A model generated the notes under the pieces. The model searched no databases and had not been told where the DNA came from. It saw only the letters and a program-made list of their open reading frames with translations. The position numbers and the translations under genes are program-made. Shown here piece by piece: positions 1 through 8,743 of a stretch of 64,000 nucleotides of DNA; the stretch's first letter is position 1, and each line of letters begins with the position of its first letter. Source of the stretch: Pseudomonadota bacterium (GTDB taxonomy: Bacteria; Pseudomonadota; Gammaproteobacteria; Burkholderiales; Ferrovaceae); contig JAJZPN010000005.1 of assembly GCA_021811145.1 (NCBI GenBank), forward strand, positions 15,409-79,408, in the 5' to 3' direction.

Positions 1-467
1 TCTTCTGTGGCACCTAATTTATCAAATAAATCAAATGTATGATTCACTACCCAATCAGGACGAGCACCAGGACGGTCAATTTTGTTTACCACAACGATCG
101 GCTTTAATCCCTGAGCTAACGCTTTTCTTGTTACAAAACGGGTTTGTGGCATGGGGCCTTCTACCGCATCCACTAAAAGCAAAACGCCATCAACCATGGA
201 TAAAACGCGTTCAACCTCACCACCAAAGTCCGCGTGTCCCGGGGTATCGACAATATTAATGTGCGTTCCTTCATACTCAACGGCACAGTTTTTAGCCAAG
301 ATCGTAATACCTCTCTCTTTTTCAAGATCATTACTGTCCATGACCCTCTCTGATACAGATTGATGTGCCGCAAAGGTACCAGATTGTTGTAACAGCTTAT
401 CCACAAGGGTGGTTTTGCCGTGGTCTACGTGAGCGATAATTGCGATATTACGAAGTTGTCGTGCCAT
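1..467 (-). CDS. typA: Translational GTPase TypA/BipA, N-terminal ~155 codons; the gene continues past the left window edge
   Basis: Not in the ORF track because it runs off the window. Hand translation of the minus strand from ATG (cat at 465-467) gives [32 protein letters not shown]... The G1 motif AHVDHGKTT and G3 motif DTPGHADF are present. The N-terminus fits TypA rather than LepA or EF-G. Confidence 0.9.
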   Translation of the reverse strand, partial: MARQLRNIAIIAHVDHGKTTLVDKLLQQSGTFAAHQSVSERVMDSNDLEKERGITILAKNCAVEYEGTHINIVDTPGHADFGGEVERVLSMVDGVLLLVDAVEGPMPQTRFVTRKALAQGLKPIVVVNKIDRPGARPDWVVNHTFDLFDKLGATE

Positions 468-553
468 AATAATTGATCCAAAAGAATTTAGCCCTCTATT
501 CTATCATGTAGTAGGGGTTGCGCATCCGAGAAAAATTAGCCATAGTCACAACT

Positions 554-1477
554 ATGACAGCACAAATTATTTTAAAAATAGATGTAGACACCTTAAGAGG
601 AACGTTGGAGGGAGTCCCCAACTTAATAAAGTGCTTTAATTCACATCAAGTACCTGCTACTTTTTTATTTAGCTTAGGGCCAGATCACACAGGTCGTGCT
701 ATTAAAAGAGTCTTTAGGCCTGGTTTTTTAAGCAAAGTATCACGTACTTCTGTACTTGAACATTATGGCTTGAAAACCCTCCTGTATGGCACACTCCTGC
801 CAGGGCCTGATATCGGCGTCAAAGCCAGACACGTTATTAAAGATACCCTGACACAAGGTTTCGATGTGGGGATTCACACTTGGGACCATATCACCTGGCA
901 AGACGGCGTTAAGGAAGCCAATCAAGCGTGGACTCGCTCGCTTATGGATAAAGCCTATGAGCGTTTCCAGGATATCTATGGTATACCCTGTCGTATTCAT
1001 GGGGCTGCGGGATGGCAAATGAATGATTACGCTTACCAGTGGTTAGATGAAAAACAATTCCTGGTATCATCAGACTGCCGAGGGCATTACCCTTTTTTAC
1101 CAATTGTTAATGGTCAACGTTTATCCTGCCCTCAATTACCCACGACTCTCCCCACACTCGATGAATTAATTGGGATAAACGACTTGAATGAAATAAATGT
1201 AGCGCAGCATCTATTAACGCTGACCGCTAACCATCCCCAATCATTACACGTATTTACCTTGCACGCTGAACTAGAGGGGATGAAATTAATTCACGTTCTT
1301 GATCAATTAATTCAGGGGTGGAAACAACAACATTATGAATTTGTCACAATGACAGATTATGCTTTACGTATGACAGACCCACTTCCCTATTGCGACATTC
1401 AATGGAGAGAAATAACCGGGCGTTCAGGACTACTAATGTGTCAAGATATTAGTAATCAACATCTAACAAATAGTTAA
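554..1477 (+). CDS. Polysaccharide deacetylase (NodB fold), ArnD-like deformylase family
   Basis: ORF 518..1477. ILKIDVDTLRGTLEGVPNL...FLFSLGPDHTGR...GIHTWDH is collinear with the ArnD N-terminal half. I prefer ATG 554 (MTAQIILKIDVD) to the non-ATG start at 518. No other arn genes are nearby. Confidence 0.7.
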   Translation: MTAQIILKIDVDTLRGTLEGVPNLIKCFNSHQVPATFLFSLGPDHTGRAIKRVFRPGFLSKVSRTSVLEHYGLKTLLYGTLLPGPDIGVKARHVIKDTLTQGFDVGIHTWDHITWQDGVKEANQAWTRSLMDKAYERFQDIYGIPCRIHGAAGWQMNDYAYQWLDEKQFLVSSDCRGHYPFLPIVNGQRLSCPQLPTTLPTLDELIGINDLNEINVAQHLLTLTANHPQSLHVFTLHAELEGMKLIHVLDQLIQGWKQQHYEFVTMTDYALRMTDPLPYCDIQWREITGRSGLLMCQDISNQHLTNS

Positions 1478-1493
1478 TAATGAGGATTTCTTT

Positions 1494-1952
1494 ATGGAAT
1501 TAATGACTTCTGTACCAGACTTTGAATTGGCCGCCACAGGTGGATTAAAATTCCAACTCCACGCAATGAAAGGCGCGCCTTTAGTTTTATATTTTTATCC
1601 AAAAGATGATACGCCAGGATGTACCGACGAGGGGTTACAATTTAAAAGCTTGTATGACGAGTTTAAAGCTTTAAAATGCTCAATCCTAGGTATTTCAAGA
1701 GACAGCGTAGCCTCCCACGAGAAGTTTAAAAGTAAATTTGATTATCCTTTCCCTCTTTTAAGTGATCCCGATGAAGTTGCATGTCACATTTTTGATGTGA
1801 TTAAAATGAAAAACATGTATGGCAAACAAGTTAGAGGTATTCAACGCAGTACCTTTGTCATTGATAAAGAAGGAAAATTAGTCAAAGAGTGGCGAGGTGT
1901 AAGTGTGCCGGGTCACGCTCAGGCAGTGTTGGACTTTATTAAAACTCTTTAA
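1494..1952 (+). CDS. bcp: Thiol peroxidase / peroxiredoxin Bcp
   Basis: 152 aa with the peroxidatic Cys motif FYPKDDTPGCT and an AhpC/TSA fold pattern. Confidence 0.9.
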   Translation: MELMTSVPDFELAATGGLKFQLHAMKGAPLVLYFYPKDDTPGCTDEGLQFKSLYDEFKALKCSILGISRDSVASHEKFKSKFDYPFPLLSDPDEVACHIFDVIKMKNMYGKQVRGIQRSTFVIDKEGKLVKEWRGVSVPGHAQAVLDFIKTL

Positions 1953-1986
1953 AATAATTTCTCACATTACAAGGAAACCTTAACCC

Positions 1987-3387
1987 ATGGTAAAAAAACA
2001 CGTAGAAGAAAAAAAACTATTTGTCCTTGATACCAATGTGTTGTTGCATGACCCGACTTCATTGTTTCAGTTTGAGGAGCATGATGTTTATCTCCCCATG
2101 ATTATTCTTGAAGAACTGGATAACAATAAGAAAGGAATGACTGAGGTTGCCCGTAATGCACGACAGGTAAGTCGTTTTCTTGATGAAATTGTAAATAGAG
2201 AAAAAGGAGATATTTCTCGAGGTATCCCCTTAGCTAGAGAAGGTGAAAAAAACGTTTCTGGATCATTGTTTTTACAAACATTAACAGGAGGTATTCTACC
2301 CTCCCCCCTTAATTATGAAAAAAACGATAACCAAATATTATCAGTAGCACTTGAATTAAAGCGAGCACAACCTAATCGGCCGGTAATTTTAGTAAGCAAA
2401 GACATCAACATGCGTATTAAAGCGCGTGCTCTGGGCGTTGAGGCTGAAGATTACTTTAATGACAAGGTACTTGAAGACAGTGACCTTCTTTACACAGGGA
2501 CCCGCGAGCTACCCTCTGATTTCTGGGATTCCCATGGCAAAGACATCGAGTCATGGCAGGAACAAGGGCGTACTTTATATCGTGTTAAAGGACCTATGGT
2601 AAATACGTTTCTACTTAACGAGTTTATCTATCAAGACGATGGTGACACCCCTTTCTATGCCTTTGTAAAAGAAAAAAACAGTCAATTTGCTGTATTACAA
2701 ACAATTCGTGATTATACTTCTCAGAAAAACAATATTTGGGGAATTAACGCCGCCAATCGAGAACAAAATTTTGCGTTAAATCTTCTTATGGATCCTGATA
2801 TTGATTTTGTGACCTTACTAGGACAAGCAGGAACTGGTAAAACATTACTCACACTTGCTGCAGGACTCATGCAGACTCTAGAACATCAAACTTATTCTGA
2901 AATCATTATGACTCGTGTAACTGTTCCTGTGGGAGAGGATATTGGATTTCTACCTGGGACTGAGGAAGAGAAAATGACTCCTTGGATGGGGGCTTTGGAA
3001 GACAATTTGGATGTACTAAACAAAAACGATGATGAGGCAGGTGATTGGGGGCGTGCTGCGACAAGAGATCTGATACGCTCTAGAATTAAGATTAAATCCC
3101 TGAACTTTATGCGTGGACGAACCTTCTTAAGTAAATATCTGATTATTGATGAAGCCCAGAACTTAACCCCAAAACAGATGAAAACCTTAATTACGCGTGC
3201 AGGACCTGGAACAAAGGTAGTATGTCTTGGTAATATTGCACAAATCGATACCCCCTATCTCACCGAGGGAAGTTCAGGTTTAACCTATGTGGTTGATCGT
3301 TTTAAAGGATGGCGACATAGTGGTCATGTAACACTTCAACGAGGAGAGCGCTCACGTCTTGCTGATTACGCGGCAGAAGTGTTATAA
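1987..3387 (+). CDS. PIN domain plus PhoH-like ATPase (PhoH2/YlaK family)
   Basis: N-terminal PIN signature FVLDTNVLLHDP...ILEELD. C-terminal PhoH Walker A GQAGTGKT and Walker B IIDEAQN. Confidence 0.85.
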   Translation: MVKKHVEEKKLFVLDTNVLLHDPTSLFQFEEHDVYLPMIILEELDNNKKGMTEVARNARQVSRFLDEIVNREKGDISRGIPLAREGEKNVSGSLFLQTLTGGILPSPLNYEKNDNQILSVALELKRAQPNRPVILVSKDINMRIKARALGVEAEDYFNDKVLEDSDLLYTGTRELPSDFWDSHGKDIESWQEQGRTLYRVKGPMVNTFLLNEFIYQDDGDTPFYAFVKEKNSQFAVLQTIRDYTSQKNNIWGINAANREQNFALNLLMDPDIDFVTLLGQAGTGKTLLTLAAGLMQTLEHQTYSEIIMTRVTVPVGEDIGFLPGTEEEKMTPWMGALEDNLDVLNKNDDEAGDWGRAATRDLIRSRIKIKSLNFMRGRTFLSKYLIIDEAQNLTPKQMKTLITRAGPGTKVVCLGNIAQIDTPYLTEGSSGLTYVVDRFKGWRHSGHVTLQRGERSRLADYAAEVL

Positions 3388-3392
3388 GTTTC

Positions 3393-4697
3393 ATGAATAT
3401 AGGTTTTTATACAATACTTACAGCTCAGTTTTTATCAGCGTTAGCTGACAATACACTGCTCTTTGCCGCTATTGCTTTGTTAAAGATATTGTCAGCTCCA
3501 CCAGAATACGTTCCTTTCTTGCAGCAGTTTTTTGTTGTGTCTTACATACTGTTAGCTCCCTTTGTTGGTGCCTTCTCGGATGCACTACCCAAAGGGCAAG
3601 TCATGTTTATTAGTAACTTAATTAAACTTATTGGCTGTCTTGCTATGCTCTTTGGCGTTAATCCACTTTATGCCTATGCCTTAGTGGGTTTAGGAGCAGC
3701 AGCGTATTCCCCTGCAAAATATGGCATTTTGACAGAATATCTTCCACCCGAATTGTTAGTTGTAGCAAACAGTTGGATTGAGGGATTAACTGTTTTGGCT
3801 ATTATTATGGGAGCAGTATTAGGTGGCATTATTTTAAATGATCATTTTTGGGCTTTTCAGTCCTTAAATCACTTTCTTCAATCAATGATGTTTCCTCAGT
3901 TAAATAGTCCGCAGTTTTCAATTTTGATTGTTTTAGTACTCTATATCTTAGCTGCTCTATTTAATTTGAAGATTCCCAAAGTAAAACTGGATCATAAGCT
4001 TAAACACAATAATCCACTCTATATCATTATCGACTTTGCACGTTCTTTTAAAATGCTATGGTGTGACCCATTAGGTAAAGTTTCCTTGGCTGTGACGACC
4101 CTATTTTGGGGAGTTGGCTCTACATTACGTTTAATTGTCTTGGTATGGGCAAGTTTACAATTACACTTTAACTTAGAGCGTGCCACACAAATTACAGCAG
4201 TATCAGCTATTGGTATTGCACTAGGAGCTATTGCTGCCGCCAAATTAATCAAACTTGAGAACTCTCTTAAAGTACTTCCGGTTGGGATTGCAATGGGACT
4301 TGCCATTTTGGGAATGTTATTTATTCATGAATGGCATATGGCAATTTTTCTCTTAATTATAGCTGGGGCAATGGGAGGTTTTTTTGTGGTTCCCATGAAT
4401 GCACTACTCCAACATCGTGGTCACCAGTTAATGGGGGCCGGGCACAGCATCGCAGTCCAAAATTTCAATGAAAACATTAGTATTTTATTAATGATGGGAG
4501 TATACGCATTAGTCATAAAAGCTGACCTCCCCCTAACCCAACTCTATAAAACAATTGGTGTCGAACACTTAAAGCAAAGAGTTCTTCTCCCAGATGAAGC
4601 GTCTTTTTACACTAGCGTTATATTACTGGCCTTATTTATTAGCGGTGTTATGTATTGGCTTTATCGACGTTATCGTCACGTTGAATATATTGACTAA
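3393..4697 (+). CDS. lplT: MFS lysophospholipid transporter LplT
   Basis: The stretch ...AQFLSALADNTLLFAAIALLK...LAPFVGAFSD...GAAAYSPAKYGILTEYL is collinear with E. coli LplT. Polytopic membrane protein. Confidence 0.85.
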   Translation: MNIGFYTILTAQFLSALADNTLLFAAIALLKILSAPPEYVPFLQQFFVVSYILLAPFVGAFSDALPKGQVMFISNLIKLIGCLAMLFGVNPLYAYALVGLGAAAYSPAKYGILTEYLPPELLVVANSWIEGLTVLAIIMGAVLGGIILNDHFWAFQSLNHFLQSMMFPQLNSPQFSILIVLVLYILAALFNLKIPKVKLDHKLKHNNPLYIIIDFARSFKMLWCDPLGKVSLAVTTLFWGVGSTLRLIVLVWASLQLHFNLERATQITAVSAIGIALGAIAAAKLIKLENSLKVLPVGIAMGLAILGMLFIHEWHMAIFLLIIAGAMGGFFVVPMNALLQHRGHQLMGAGHSIAVQNFNENISILLMMGVYALVIKADLPLTQLYKTIGVEHLKQRVLLPDEASFYTSVILLALFISGVMYWLYRRYRHVEYID

Positions 4698-5481
4698 TCA
4701 TTTTTTTAGCTGTTATGAAGTCTCGCCAGACACGCGATTTTTCTTGTGGTTGACGTAATATGGCACCAAGATCATGTGTTACTCTAGTAGGGATACCTTG
4801 AAACTCAAAGGTTTTATCACGCAATTCAGCCAGTGGCAGATCCAATCCCAAAAGCAATTTGGCAACAATACGTCCCATCAATATCACTACTTTTGGTTTT
4901 AACGTTTGGATTTCATTTAACAGATGATTTTGGCAACTATGAAATTCCTGTGTGCTTGGTGCTCGATTATGACTGGGACGGCATTTAACTAAAAATGTAT
5001 GATACGTATCGGTAAAGGGAACAACATCTACAGCTTTCAACAAATTACTTAATAATTCTCCTGTGTTACCAAAGGATACTTGATTATGTAAATCTTCCTC
5101 GGTACTAGGAGACTCAGAAATAATTAACCAACTGGCTGACTCCTCTCCTCTACCCAGTAAAGCCTGTTGGCGGGTTGTGTGCAGTTGACAGGCTTTACAC
5201 AGATTGACGCGCTCCAGTAAACTTAGGCTATTGGGGAGGGTATCAGCTACTTGCTCTGCCTTTACTTCTGTAGTCTTAACTTCTGGTGTCTTAACTTCTA
5301 CTTTCTTTAAATCAGATGAAACAGATGGACTATTGATAATAGTGGCTTCTGCTTTTAATTGACTAGGAGAAATCGCTGCCGGAATAGTGCTAATCGCACC
5401 GACAGGCAACTGGTTATTTTGCAGCCATTCTGATACGGACCAAAGTGATAATTCGCGCAGAAGAGCTTCTTCTCTGTTCAC
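4648..5481 (-). CDS. Uracil-DNA glycosylase superfamily protein, family-4-like, with an N-terminal extension and non-canonical catalytic motifs
   Basis: C-terminal ~170 aa have the UDG family-4 layout with four Cys (CKAC...C...C). Motif A reads SESPSTEED...FGNTGELL instead of GE(A/G)PG...F.G..G.LL. Position downstream of tsaB-rimI. Confidence 0.6.
   Translation of the reverse strand: MNREEALLRELSLWSVSEWLQNNQLPVGAISTIPAAISPSQLKAEATIINSPSVSSDLKKVEVKTPEVKTTEVKAEQVADTLPNSLSLLERVNLCKACQLHTTRQQALLGRGEESASWLIISESPSTEEDLHNQVSFGNTGELLSNLLKAVDVVPFTDTYHTFLVKCRPSHNRAPSTQEFHSCQNHLLNEIQTLKPKVVILMGRIVAKLLLGLDLPLAELRDKTFEFQGIPTRVTHDLGAILRQPQEKSRVWRDFITAKKMISQYIQRDDNVDKANT
5264..5308 (-). repeat. Three tandem 15-nt units inside the UDG-like ORF, encoding a pentapeptide repeat
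   Basis: Plus-strand units are acttctgtagtctta / acttctggtgtctta / acttctactttcttt. They encode VEVKT-PEVKT-TEVKA in the linker of ORF 4648..5481. Confidence 0.8.
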
Positions 5482-5921
5482 AGATATTTCCTCATTACAA
5501 TTGCGTCCTCACGTCCTCCAACCTTTGGATAATACCCTTTTCTTCTACCAATTTCAGTAAAGCCGTTAATTACGTAGAGATGATGAGCAGCCACATTCTC
5601 TTCTCTAACCTCTAAATAAATATCTTTAAAATGTCGCTGACGTCCAAAATCGATGACTTCGTCTAGTAACTTCTGGCCAAAGCCTTGATGCTGTTTTAAC
5701 GGCGCAATAGCAAAGTTCAAAATATGTAACTCGTCAATCACCGGCATAATGACCGTGTAACCCAACCACTCTGTGTCTTTGGTCATGACTAAGCCTAAGG
5801 ACCCGGAGCGTAGAGAATCTTTAAAGTTTTGCAGTGACCAAGGATGAGTAAAGGCACTTTGTTCAATAGCCATAACCTGAGAGAGATGTTGCTCTGTCAT
5901 TTTGTCTATACAGTAGTTCAT
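5478..5921 (-). CDS. rimI: Ribosomal-protein-alanine N-acetyltransferase RimI (GNAT)
   Basis: 147 aa GNAT with QHQGFGQKLL (motif A). Overlaps tsaB and the UDG-like gene in the conserved tsaB-rimI arrangement. Confidence 0.85.
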   Translation of the reverse strand: MNYCIDKMTEQHLSQVMAIEQSAFTHPWSLQNFKDSLRSGSLGLVMTKDTEWLGYTVIMPVIDELHILNFAIAPLKQHQGFGQKLLDEVIDFGRQRHFKDIYLEVREENVAAHHLYVINGFTEIGRRKGYYPKVGGREDAIVMRKYL

Positions 5922-6634
5922 TACTGGCGTTGTCGTTCAGCTGTCGTTAAGGCTACTTTATCCCTAATATAAATAGGTAATGCTTCGTGAGAGGCTAATA
6001 CATCTCCTTTCTGCCATTTACGTAAACCAATCTTAATTAACCATTGTGCATGAGGCACCTTGTTAGGCAAAATACCAGGAATAGGTTTACCTGAGATTAA
6101 ACGCAATTGCTCAGCATAACAATCGGCACCACTACCTACTAGAACCATTTCCTCATTAGGTAATTCTGGTAGCTGATCAGGTTGAAATAAGCCAGTAGGG
6201 ATCATTTCTTGCCAATCAGTCTCATCCTTTTTGTAAAGTGCTCCGTAAACCTGCCCCATTCTGGCGTCAAGTAAAGTGAATGCCCATGGCGTGTTAACTT
6301 GCTCTGCCAACATCAATAAAGTGGGCACGGCAATCACAGGTATTCCTAAAGACAGGGCTAACCCTTGTGTCACTCCACAGCCCGCGCGCAACCCTGTAAA
6401 CGACCCTGGTCCTTGAGAAAAAACAAGTGCCTTCACCTCTTCAATTCTAGTATCACTTTCTTTTAAAATATCTTTTATGTGTGAAAGAACAGATTCAACA
6501 TGCTTATCGGCACCTAGCCAATCGCTATAATAGTATTGTTCATTGCGATATAGGCATACAGATCCGGCCTCTGTGGCAGTATCTATAGCAAGTAGTATAG
6601 GATGAGAATCTGGTTTCACGAGCTGTTTATTCAT
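5921..6634 (-). CDS. tsaB: tRNA t6A37 biosynthesis protein TsaB (YeaZ)
   Basis: ILLAIDTATEAGSVCL..., FSQGPGSFTGLRAG motif, adjacent to rimI. Confidence 0.85.
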   Translation of the reverse strand: MNKQLVKPDSHPILLAIDTATEAGSVCLYRNEQYYYSDWLGADKHVESVLSHIKDILKESDTRIEEVKALVFSQGPGSFTGLRAGCGVTQGLALSLGIPVIAVPTLLMLAEQVNTPWAFTLLDARMGQVYGALYKKDETDWQEMIPTGLFQPDQLPELPNEEMVLVGSGADCYAEQLRLISGKPIPGILPNKVPHAQWLIKIGLRKWQKGDVLASHEALPIYIRDKVALTTAERQRQ

Positions 6635-6677
6635 GTTACAAATTGATATATTGAATTATAAAAAAAAGGTTAGGATA

Positions 6678-7415
6678 ATGCCTATGGAAAAAAAACCCTC
6701 TAAAATTATTGTACTCGATGACGACATGCGTCTTCGAGAATTATTAAAAAGATACTTATCTGAACAAGGTTTTTCAGTTGAAGCAGTTGCAGATGCCAAC
6801 TCTCTTGAACGAGCCATGTCCAGGGAACGCTATGATATCTTGGTACTAGATCTTATGCTACCAGGCCAAGATGGGTTATCTATTTGTCGACAACTACGTA
6901 GTAAAAATAACACTATTCCCATTATCATGCTCACCGCTATGGGAGAAGATGTGGACAGAATAGTAGGCTTAGAGATGGGTGCTGATGACTACTTATCCAA
7001 GCCCTTTAATCCCCGTGAATTACTTGCAAGAATTCATGCGGTGTTACGTCGTCAACCTAGTACAGGTTTACCTGCTGCACCGACTATTTTACCTGAAGGT
7101 CAACATACCATTCAATTTGGTTCATTTGAGTTTAATTTAAATAACCGTACCTTATTCAAAGACGGTATTGATGTGAATTTAACCAGCGGTGAATACGCAT
7201 TGTTGCGTGTCTTAGTGACTCATCCCAGAGAACCTTTATCCAGGGAAAAACTCATGGATATGGCTCGTGGACGTGAACATGAAGTGTTTGATCGAAGTAT
7301 TGATGTGCAAATTTCAAGACTCCGCCGTTTAATTGAGGTTGATTCAAGTAAACCAAGATATATTCAAACAGTATGGGGCTTTGGCTACGTATTTGTCCCA
7401 GACGATAGTCAATGA
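6678..7415 (+). CDS. ompR: OmpR-family response regulator (receiver plus winged helix)
   Basis: IIVLDDD...LVLDLMLPGQDG...LTA...SKPF receiver, with a C-terminal IQTVWGFGYVF winged helix. The start is uncertain: ATG 6678 or 6684, while the ORF track starts at 6633. ATGA overlap with the downstream kinase. Confidence 0.85.
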   Translation: MPMEKKPSKIIVLDDDMRLRELLKRYLSEQGFSVEAVADANSLERAMSRERYDILVLDLMLPGQDGLSICRQLRSKNNTIPIIMLTAMGEDVDRIVGLEMGADDYLSKPFNPRELLARIHAVLRRQPSTGLPAAPTILPEGQHTIQFGSFEFNLNNRTLFKDGIDVNLTSGEYALLRVLVTHPREPLSREKLMDMARGREHEVFDRSIDVQISRLRRLIEVDSSKPRYIQTVWGFGYVFVPDDSQ

Positions 7416-8743
7416 AATTCATTCCTAAGTCTTTACTGGGAAGAACTGCGTTATTTGTTATTTTTTTAGTTATCCTCACGCAGCTTGCTACAACTTTTGT
7501 TATACAAAGCTTCTACACTCAACCCTTACAAGAGAGGTTGGTTAACGATCGTGTTAACCAAATAAAAACACTCATTAATTCCTTAGGGTTACTTAATGAT
7601 GAACAACGACCTGATTTTATACAAAACATCAAAATCAATGAGCACGCTACGATTGTTTCAGACAAACTCCTCTCTCCGCCGCCTGAAGCGGTAGTTGCAA
7701 AGCAAGAACGGTTGGTTTATGTAGAAAATCGGTTAAAAAAAGAAGTCTCTCCAGCCTCCAAAATCTATATAGCTGACAGTCAAACCATTCCAAAAATATG
7801 GATTTATTTAGTAACTAACCATGGTAACTATTGGTATATAACCGAACGACTACCCTATGATGCGGATTTTCCTGTGCGATGGACGATTGCATTGTTTTGT
7901 CTAGTACTACTGTCACTAATTGGTTTGTTTTTTGGTGTCCGTCACCTCATTCAACCCATTAACCGTCTTACTGAAGCTGCACAAACCATTGCCAAGGGCC
8001 ACATTGCCGATATTGTTCCAGAAAACCAAGGGCCTGAAGAAATTCGAACTCTCTCGCGCATTTTTAATGATATGCAAGATTCACTCGAAGAGGTTGAAAC
8101 TAACAGAGCGGTCATGTTAGCAGGTGTATCACACGACTTAAGAACCCCACTGTCACGCCTACGACTAGCCATTGAGCTATCCCACTTTGGTGATGATAAA
8201 AATACAGAATTAATGATTCAAGATTTAGAAGAAATTGATAGCACCCTAAATCAATTTTTAGACTATGCACGTATTCAAAATGAACATTGGCTTACTAAAT
8301 CTGATCTCAACTATATTGTTCGTAAAGTCAGTGGCTATATCGCATCAACTGGTCAAGCGGTAGACGTCCAGTTATCTCCAGATATTTCAAGTATTATGCT
8401 GAATCCCAAATCCATTGAAAGGATTATAATTAATTTAGTAGAAAATGCCAGGCGATATGGCAAACCTCCTATCGCTCTAAGAACGTTTCAGGATTCTAAA
8501 TCGGTTTGTCTATCTGTAATTGACCATGGTGAGGGACTCACTCAGGAGGAAGCTATACATTTATTAAAACCCTTTACACGTAAGAATCATTCACGTACAG
8601 GCATACCAGGAACAGGTTTAGGGCTCGCTATCGTAGATAAAATCGTTAGACTGCATAATGCTTCACTACAATTTAATAAATACCCAGGACAACATTTTGA
8701 AGTCCGTGTATCGTTTCCTCTTAGTCAACAGAGATCGAGTTAG
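7412..8743 (+). CDS. envZ: EnvZ-like sensor histidine kinase (2 TM, HAMP, HisKA, HATPase)
   Basis: H-box AGVSHDLRTPLSRLRL, N-box LVENARRYG, G-box GTGLGLAIV. Translationally coupled to the ompR-like gene. Confidence 0.75.
   Translation: MKFIPKSLLGRTALFVIFLVILTQLATTFVIQSFYTQPLQERLVNDRVNQIKTLINSLGLLNDEQRPDFIQNIKINEHATIVSDKLLSPPPEAVVAKQERLVYVENRLKKEVSPASKIYIADSQTIPKIWIYLVTNHGNYWYITERLPYDADFPVRWTIALFCLVLLSLIGLFFGVRHLIQPINRLTEAAQTIAKGHIADIVPENQGPEEIRTLSRIFNDMQDSLEEVETNRAVMLAGVSHDLRTPLSRLRLAIELSHFGDDKNTELMIQDLEEIDSTLNQFLDYARIQNEHWLTKSDLNYIVRKVSGYIASTGQAVDVQLSPDISSIMLNPKSIERIIINLVENARRYGKPPIALRTFQDSKSVCLSVIDHGEGLTQEEAIHLLKPFTRKNHSRTGIPGTGLGLAIVDKIVRLHNASLQFNKYPGQHFEVRVSFPLSQQRSS

Noticed and set aside
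35-406. Track ORFs 35..259 (+), 151..363 (+) and 173..406 (-)
   Set aside because: All lie inside, or antisense or out of frame to, the clearly recognisable typA coding sequence. None has a motif.
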